DNA of 64,000 nucleotides from an uncultured candidatus Porisulfidus sp. (GTDB lineage Bacteria; Pseudomonadota; Gammaproteobacteria; Poriferisulfidales; Poriferisulfidaceae): NCBI GenBank assembly GCA_965214545.1, contig OZ243950.1, positions 1,478,440 to 1,542,439 of the forward strand, read 5' to 3'. Shown piece by piece: positions 58,551 to 64,000 of this stretch (position 1 is its first letter; each line of letters starts with the position of its first letter). The notes under the pieces were generated by a model. It saw only the letters and a program-made list of their open reading frames with translations, ran no database searches and was not told where the DNA came from. The position numbers and the translations under genes were made by a program.

Positions 58551-59711
58551 TCAGTCTGAGGGCGCCGCTTCCGGCGCGCTGTCTTCGGCCGGCGTCTCGG
58601 ATGCCCCGGAATGGACCACCGGCTCCGGGGTGTCGCCCGGTCCCCCCGGCAGTGCGTCGTCGTCCGACATGCGGAACAGCCGCTGCAACTGGTACCAGAG
58701 GCCCTGGGAATCGATGTCCGAATCCGGGATGTGACCGCTCGGGACCTCGCTGACCACGACTTTGTCCGGTTCGTGTGAGGCGAGAAAATCCTCGGCTTCG
58801 CCAAGCTGGAGCACGACGCTCTGGTACTTGCCGCTGAAGTCGGGCGGCGGGAATTCCTCGATGTCGAACCCGACCATGATGGCGGTGCTGTCGGCCGTCT
58901 CGCTGATCCATTCACCGGTCTCCGACAGCCAGGTCGGTTCTGTTTCTCCGGCCGCCTTGCGGGCCTCGTAGTCCGGGAAGTTGAGCTCGCGGACGCTCCG
59001 CGTATCGTCCGCGAGCCGGTGCATTTCCAGGTGCCGGTATGCCTGTTCCAGGTACCACAGCATGTCATCCATGTTCGGCGCGCCATGATAGCGGCTCAGG
59101 GCCCGCTTGCTGCGATTGATGACCGCGACGTAAGCCTTGCGGCGCAGGTAAAAATCTGCCACGTGCAACTCATAGCGCGCCAGCAGGTTGCGCAGGAAGA
59201 CGGTATGCTGGCGCGCGTCCGTGGCGTATCGCGATTCCGGGTATTGGGTGACGACCAGGGAGAAATTCCTGAAGGCGAGCAGCCACGGGGTCGAATCCTT
59301 GTTGTGCCGGATGTAGGGGAGCACGTAGTGCAGCAGGGTCCGGCCGTAATCCAGGTAGCAGACGCCGCGCATGTAATGCGCGTATGCGCTGTGCGTATGC
59401 AACGGGTTCTGATCGATGAAGCGGTCGAGCACGACGATGGCCTCGGTGTACTCCTCCTGTCGGTATTGCGAGTACGCCATTTCCAGCAGGCCCTGCTGGG
59501 CATACGGGTCAAAGGGATACCCGGACTCCAGATACTGGAAGGTCTCGATGGCCTTGGTGAAATCGCCGCCGCGGCGATAGGAGAGGCCCATCGCGTACAA
59601 CTGTGCCGCCGATTTGCCTTCGTACTCGGTTTCCGGTGCGTCCGGCAACAGCCCGCAGCCGGTCATCGCCAGTGACGATACCAGGAAAAGGGCAAGGGGT
59701 CGGAGGCGCAT
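58551..59711 (-). CDS. bamD: Outer membrane protein assembly factor BamD with ~140-aa acidic C-terminal extension
   Basis: Internal start MRLRPLALFLVSSLAMTGCG (lipobox). TPR repeats. The C-terminal D/E/P-rich tail is absent from typical ~245-aa BamD. Confidence 0.75.
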   Translation of the reverse strand: MRLRPLALFLVSSLAMTGCGLLPDAPETEYEGKSAAQLYAMGLSYRRGGDFTKAIETFQYLESGYPFDPYAQQGLLEMAYSQYRQEEYTEAIVVLDRFIDQNPLHTHSAYAHYMRGVCYLDYGRTLLHYVLPYIRHNKDSTPWLLAFRNFSLVVTQYPESRYATDARQHTVFLRNLLARYELHVADFYLRRKAYVAVINRSKRALSRYHGAPNMDDMLWYLEQAYRHLEMHRLADDTRSVRELNFPDYEARKAAGETEPTWLSETGEWISETADSTAIMVGFDIEEFPPPDFSGKYQSVVLQLGEAEDFLASHEPDKVVVSEVPSGHIPDSDIDSQGLWYQLQRLFRMSDDDALPGGPGDTPEPVVHSGASETPAEDSAPEAAPSD

Positions 59712-59769
59712 CGCAAAGGGCCGGGAGGCTCCACGAATTATATAGTGCGGTGATAGGATAGTTTTTTTC

Positions 59770-60735
59770 GTGGGTCGGGTTAGGCGATTGGACGGGTTGC
59801 CCCGGGTTCGGGAAGTGCCGGAAGATCTGGCAGGGAAGCGTCTGGATGTTGCATTGGCACAGATGTTCGAGACATTTTCCCGCCGACAGATCCAGGACTG
59901 GATCCGGGCCGGGCGCGTACTGATCGAAGGCGAAACCGCCCGCCCCCGGGACCCGGTGCAGGGGGGCGAACAGGTCGAGCTCTGGCCGCAGCCTGCGGCC
60001 GCCTCGCCGTGCGAGCCGCAGGATTTGCCCTTGGCGGTCGTGTATGCCGACGAAGACCTGATCGTCTTGAACAAGGCGGCCGGGCAAGTCATGCATCCGG
60101 CGCCCGGGCACCCGGACGGGACGATCCAGAACGCGCTTCTGCACCACTTTCCGGCGACGGCCCGGGTGCCGCGGGCCGGGATCGTGCATCGGCTGGACCG
60201 GGACACGACCGGACTGGTGGCCGTCGCGCATAACCCGGAATCTTGTACGGCGCTGACCCGGCAGCTGCAGGCGCGTGACATCCGCCGCCGCTACCAGGCC
60301 CTGGTCCAGGGCGACCTGGTCGCCGGTGGAACGGTGGACGAGCCGATCGGCCGGCATCCGCGCCACCGCCAGCGCATGTGCGTACGCGCGGGGGGCCGGG
60401 CCGCGACGACGCATTACCGGGTGCGCCGAAGATTCAGCGGCCTGACCCTTCTGGATGTCGAGCTTGAGACCGGGCGCACGCATCAGATCCGGGTGCACCT
60501 GGCGCACCTGGGGCACCCGGTGGTCGGGGACCCGGTCTACGGCGGGCGTGCGCGGAGCCCGGCCGGGGTCCCGACGGCGGTGCGCGAGGCGATCCGCGGC
60601 TTCGAGCGGCAGGCCTTGCATGCGTGCCGCCTCCAGCTTCGGCATCCGGCCCGCGGCACTCGACTCGATTGGCAGGCGGACCTGCCGGAGGATTTCCAGG
60701 AACTGTTGGCGGAACTGGGGAAAGACGGTGACTGA
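59770..60735 (+). CDS. rluD: 23S rRNA pseudouridine(1911/1915/1917) synthase RluD
   Basis: S4 domain, then catalytic HRLDRDTTG motif. Divergent from bamD as in E. coli yfiO-rluD. Confidence 0.85.
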   Translation: MGRVRRLDGLPRVREVPEDLAGKRLDVALAQMFETFSRRQIQDWIRAGRVLIEGETARPRDPVQGGEQVELWPQPAAASPCEPQDLPLAVVYADEDLIVLNKAAGQVMHPAPGHPDGTIQNALLHHFPATARVPRAGIVHRLDRDTTGLVAVAHNPESCTALTRQLQARDIRRRYQALVQGDLVAGGTVDEPIGRHPRHRQRMCVRAGGRAATTHYRVRRRFSGLTLLDVELETGRTHQIRVHLAHLGHPVVGDPVYGGRARSPAGVPTAVREAIRGFERQALHACRLQLRHPARGTRLDWQADLPEDFQELLAELGKDGD

Positions 60736-61468
60736 GCCGCGGTTCCTCTACCCGGACTGGCCCGCCCCCGGCAACGTGCGGGCGGCCGCAAGCACCCGCG
60801 CGGGCGGCGTCAGCCGAGGGGCCTATGCCGGGTTGAACCTGGCCGCGCACGTGGGGGATCAACCGGGCGATGTTGCCGAGAACCGAAAAATCCTGGCGCA
60901 GGCCCTGCGGCTGCCCGGCGAGCCCTATTGGCTGGACCAGCGGCACGGTGCCGGGGTTCGGGAGGCGCGGATCCGGCCCGGGCCGGTCTCGGCGGATGCC
61001 AGCCACACGGCCTCTGCGGGGCCGGTGTGCGTCGTGCAGACCGCGGATTGCCTGCCGGTCCTGCTGTGTTCCCGCAACGGGGATTGGGTGGCGGCGGCGC
61101 ATGCCGGCTGGAGGGGTATTGCGGCGAATGTCCTGGGTGCCGCGATCCGGGCCTACCCCGGATTGCCGGCGGACCTGATGGCTTGGCTGGGCCCGGCCAT
61201 CAGCGCGGCCTGCTACGAAGTGGACACGCCGGTGCGGGACGCTTTGGGCGAAGAACTCGCCGCGGTCGCATGGCGTCCATCCGGCCGAGCCGGGCACGGC
61301 TCGCTGGACCTGGTTGCGGCGGCCGCATGGCAGCTGGGGCAAGCCGGGGTGGCGGACTGCTTCGGCGGGCGCTGGTGTACGTTTCAGGACGAACGGCGTT
61401 TTTATTCGCACCGCCGGGACCGGACCACCGGCCGCATGGCCACCCTGATCTGGTTGGAAGGGCACTGA
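60730..61468 (+). CDS. pgeF: Peptidoglycan editing factor PgeF / YfiH (purine nucleoside phosphorylase LACC1 family)
   Basis: GTG start overlaps the rluD TGA. C..H..H motifs (VQTADCLPVLL, AAAHAGWRG), C-terminal RMATLIWL. Confidence 0.75.
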
Positions 61469-61572
61469 TTCCCCGCCCGCCACCGGACCGGGGGGAAAAC
61501 CCAGGGAAAAGTGGCCGATTCGCCCCGGTCTGGCTGGGAAATGCATTTATAACCAATTGATTTAAAAGGATT

Positions 61573-61600
61573 AAAAATGGTCTAAAAAAACCGACCATTT
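61573..61600 (+). promoter_or_regulatory. Motif B palindrome, copy 3
   Basis: AAAAATGGTCTAAAAAAACCGACCATTTAT, ~65 bp upstream of the ATG at 61666. Confidence 0.5.
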
Positions 61601-61665
61601 ATTGTTTACTTTGCCGGGTTTTTGGGGTAGAACGAATACTTCGCCATGCTTCTGAGGAGAACCCC

Positions 61666-62313
61666 ATGGAAACTCGAAAAACATCCGGCGCCCGCTTATG
61701 GGTATGGCTGCTGGGCGGGCTGTTCCTGCTGTTGAGCGCAGCCTCAATCATCTACGGCGTGGCGCGAAGCTCCAATGGGGCCTTCACGTTTTCCGCCCCG
61801 GACGATCCGCCGCCGCCGCAAGGGTGGGTCCCCGCGGTGAATGCCGCCCCTGAAATCGATGTGGCGCAGTTGTCGGAATCCCTGGCGCAGGCCTTGGACC
61901 GCCATCTTGAACAGCGGCTGCTCGGCCTGCTTGAGGAACTGAAGGACGATCGGCTCATGCAGGCGCGGTTGATCGAGGAAAGGCAGGACGGATTGGCCGG
62001 CCAGATCGAAGCGCAGTCCTCGAAGCTGGCAGACCTCGGCCACCGGCTGGATTCGGTTGGGCAGGGGCTTGGCCGCTTGCTGGACAACCTCGAAGCTGAA
62101 ACGCGTCAGACCCCCAGGGGGCCGGCGTTTGTGTTTCGCGGCATTGAGATCTGGCACGGCGAGGTCTATGCGCTGCTTGAGCATGAGGGGAGAATCGTGC
62201 CGGTGCGAGAGGGAGAATCGCGGCTGGGCTGGAGAATTCATGCGATTGATCGCGACGGGCGGGCGCTGCATGTGGGCGACGGCATGCAGGAACACGTCCT
62301 GGAGGTGCAGTGA
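61666..62313 (+). CDS. Hypothetical membrane-anchored coiled-coil protein (215 aa)
   Basis: N-terminal TM LWVWLLGGLFLLLSAASIIYGV, then coiled coil (LEELKDDRLMQARLIEERQDGLAGQIEAQSSKLADLG). Confidence 0.5.
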   Translation: METRKTSGARLWVWLLGGLFLLLSAASIIYGVARSSNGAFTFSAPDDPPPPQGWVPAVNAAPEIDVAQLSESLAQALDRHLEQRLLGLLEELKDDRLMQARLIEERQDGLAGQIEAQSSKLADLGHRLDSVGQGLGRLLDNLEAETRQTPRGPAFVFRGIEIWHGEVYALLEHEGRIVPVREGESRLGWRIHAIDRDGRALHVGDGMQEHVLEVQ

Positions 62314-62314
62314 G

Positions 62315-62701
62315 ATGAACGGCAGATGGAATTGGAGGACCGCGTGGCTGGTGGTGCCCGCGGTTTTGGCCGGAGCCATTGCCTCCCGGGTCTATGACGT
62401 CCATGCGGCACGGGAGGAATCCAGCCGATGGCAGGAGACCGCGATGCACGCGCCCCGCTGGCTGGAATTGAGCGAGGAGGAATGGCGGCAGTATCAGACG
62501 TGGCGCAGCCTGGTCGGCAAGCCGCTGGCTGAAATGACCCCGTACGAAGTTCTGGGTATTTACACCGACGACCCGGAGCAACGGCGACGGTTTGCGCGGG
62601 AAAACGCCCGCTTCATGCTCGACTTCTATCGGCGGACGATGGAGTTCGAAACACTTTATCGTGAGGAATTAACACGGTTTTCAGACAAAAAGGCCCGATA
62701 A
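62315..62701 (+). CDS. Hypothetical membrane-anchored protein (128 aa)
   Basis: ATG 2 nt after the upstream stop. N-terminal TM WLVVPAVLAGAIAS. Confidence 0.45.
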   Translation: MNGRWNWRTAWLVVPAVLAGAIASRVYDVHAAREESSRWQETAMHAPRWLELSEEEWRQYQTWRSLVGKPLAEMTPYEVLGIYTDDPEQRRRFARENARFMLDFYRRTMEFETLYREELTRFSDKKAR

Positions 62702-62730
62702 CTTTACATAATTAAAAAAGCTTTACATTT
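62701..62730 (+). promoter_or_regulatory. Motif A, copy 3
   Basis: ACTTTACATAATTAAAAAAGCTTTACATTT. Confidence 0.45.
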
Positions 62731-62778
62731 CCCAATTCTTTACAAGAATATATCTTGATTATCAATATCTTAAATCGC

Positions 62779-62810
62779 AAAAAAATGGTCTAAAAAAACC
62801 GACCATTTTT
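62779..62810 (+). promoter_or_regulatory. Motif B palindrome, copy 4
   Basis: AAAAAAATGGTCTAAAAAAACCGACCATTTTT, ~110 bp upstream of the lipoprotein ATG. Confidence 0.5.
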
Positions 62811-62922
62811 CCTTGATTTTTGGAAAAAGTTGTTAGAGACTTTCGGGGGTGGCATCCCAAGGGACGGGGAGCCGCAGGGTCGTCTAGCTTTATGGCGACC
62901 CGCTCTTGCCCAGGAGGTTGGA

Positions 62923-63336
62923 ATGAAACATGCTGAATGGTTGATGGGTCCGATAGCCGCCCTGCTGGTGACGGGGTGCGGGGTGCTGCATCACGCGGTC
63001 CCGGTTTCGCAATCTCGGGAATCGAGCGGCGTCCCGCGTTCGAGGCTGGTCGATCATTCGGCATTTTCGCTGCCGGCCGCCAATTACCTGGTTCGCCCGG
63101 ATACCGGTGAGCGACAGGTGCTTGGGCAGTTGCTGCACGAACTGCAACTGGTCCGGCACTTGATTGACGACGCTTACGCCCGCCGCGACGAGCGGGCCCG
63201 GGTCCGGGTGGACTACGCGCGCCTGGCCGATGAATTCGACCGCATTGTCACCGGCTTGCGGCGCACCCTGACGGTCACCGAGACGGCCCCGCGCGACCGT
63301 CTCGACATCACCGGAGACTACCAGCTTTATGAGTGA
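62923..63336 (+). CDS. Lipoprotein; candidate first gene of an ICE/plasmid MPF-G-type conjugative transfer module (RAQPRD-family-like)
   Basis: GGAGG RBS. MKHAEWLMGPIAALLVTGCG lipobox. Followed by two small membrane proteins in the order seen in ICEclc/pKLC102-type T4SS modules. Confidence 0.4.
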   Translation: MKHAEWLMGPIAALLVTGCGVLHHAVPVSQSRESSGVPRSRLVDHSAFSLPAANYLVRPDTGERQVLGQLLHELQLVRHLIDDAYARRDERARVRVDYARLADEFDRIVTGLRRTLTVTETAPRDRLDITGDYQLYE

Positions 63337-63568
63337 TTCCATGCTGGGCCAGTTCGAGATCACTTCCGGCATTTCAGGCGAAGTGCTGGCGGAAGTGACG
63401 GCTGCGGCCTGCCTGCTGGCCGTGACCCTCTGGGTGTCCTGGGTCGCCCTCTCCAGCCTGCGGCAACTGCGCGACGAAACCCTCGCGGTCGGAGACGTCG
63501 CGTCCCGGATCCTTTGGGCCGGTCTGGTGTTCTGCATGGTGGTCGCCCTCATCGCTTTTGTGGAGTGA
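63329..63568 (+). CDS. Small two-TM membrane protein (ICE conjugative-region small membrane protein-like)
   Basis: 79 aa with two hydrophobic helices, overlapping start and stop with its neighbours. Confidence 0.4.
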   Translation: MSDSMLGQFEITSGISGEVLAEVTAAACLLAVTLWVSWVALSSLRQLRDETLAVGDVASRILWAGLVFCMVVALIAFVE

Positions 63569-63572
63569 GTTC

Positions 63573-63923
63573 ATGAAAAAAATTGCCTTCTTTCTGGCCT
63601 GCGTCCTGGCGGTCTGCCCGCATTTGGCCCTGGCCGTCAACACGCTGGACCTGCCGGTTTTCGATGGCGTCGCCGCTGATGCGTCCGATCCTTTCTCATT
63701 CATCAAGTCCGTCGCCATCACGGGCATGGCCCTGGTGTTCGGTCTGCTGGTCGTCGGGGCCTTTCTCGGCTACGGCGGCGGCCTGATCGCAAAACTCAAC
63801 CAGGCCCGCGTCAGGGGAGACTGGGGCAGCCTCGGGATCTATCTGGGCACCGGCCTGCTGGTGGTGATCATCATCGCCCTGATGGGCTACATGGGCGGGC
63901 AGATCCTGTCCGACTTCGAATGA
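63573..63923 (+). CDS. Conjugative pilin-like small membrane protein (signal peptide + 2 TM; TrbC/VirB2-like topology)
   Basis: MKKIAFFLACVLAVCPHLALA signal, then two long hydrophobic segments. ~117 aa. Confidence 0.4.
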   Translation: MKKIAFFLACVLAVCPHLALAVNTLDLPVFDGVAADASDPFSFIKSVAITGMALVFGLLVVGAFLGYGGGLIAKLNQARVRGDWGSLGIYLGTGLLVVIIIALMGYMGGQILSDFE

Positions 63924-64000
63924 CGCGGCCGGCTGCGCCCCTGGGGTCCGAGCCGCCCATGTTCCGGGGGCTCAGCGGCACCGAACTGACCGCGGCGATT
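63921..64000 (+). CDS. 5' end of the next conjugative-region gene; continues past window end
   Basis: MTRPAAPLGSEPPMFRGLSGTELTAAI.... The ATG overlaps the previous stop (ATGA). Confidence 0.35.

Noticed and set aside
1-64000. CRISPR arrays, rRNA and tRNA genes
   Set aside because: No regularly spaced short direct repeats, no rRNA-like conserved stretches and no tRNA-like sequences were seen on either strand.

Overview
Read manually from the sequence and the supplied ORF track. This is a high-GC (~65-68%) proteobacterial chromosomal segment, gammaproteobacterial by gene order, and very gene-dense. Many long ORFs in the track are opposite-strand or alternate-frame artefacts of the GC bias. Gene order, left to right: trkA / ntrX-ntrY / DUF4390 / fmt-def (minus-strand block, rsmB missing); a solo RHH gene; a complete aa3-type cytochrome c oxidase biogenesis cluster (coxB-coxA-ctaG-coxC, DUF2909, SURF1-SCO-ctaA-ctaB); czcD-[Zur box]-znuA; an Xre(DUF2384)-RES toxin-antitoxin (TA) pair with a double-palindrome operator; nhaP; a GltS-like FMN protein; an lplT-aas fusion; hisI; cysS. 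Next comes a ~2.4 kb low-GC (~48%) islet carrying an XRE regulator, an AlpA-like HTH protein and a Panacea(DUF4065)-toxin-like pair. A tightly coupled operon follows, made of a hypothetical protein, a 2OG-Fe(II) oxygenase, a YiiX-like papain-fold protein and fadE-fadA-fadB-fadD. Then rnr-rlmB-purD, rho, trxA and rpoZ-spoT. A tandemly duplicated DUF1640 (CCDC90-like) coiled-coil gene cassette is inserted between spoT and ridA, followed by recG, zapD-coaE-pilD, a PQQ sugar dehydrogenase, nadE, bamD and rluD-pgeF. The window ends in an AT-rich region with coiled-coil membrane proteins and what looks like the start of an MPF-G/ICEclc-type conjugative T4SS module. The most unusual signal is a bipartite AT-rich cis-element: a TTTACAT-containing box, then an 8-bp-stem palindrome AAATGGTC-N10-GACCATTT. 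It occurs four times, always upstream of small membrane or coiled-coil genes (both DUF1640 copies and two genes at the ICE-like border). This suggests an uncharacterised, possibly mobile-element-controlled regulon. No rRNA, tRNA or CRISPR array was found. Coordinates of internal starts are by hand and may be off by 1-3 nt.
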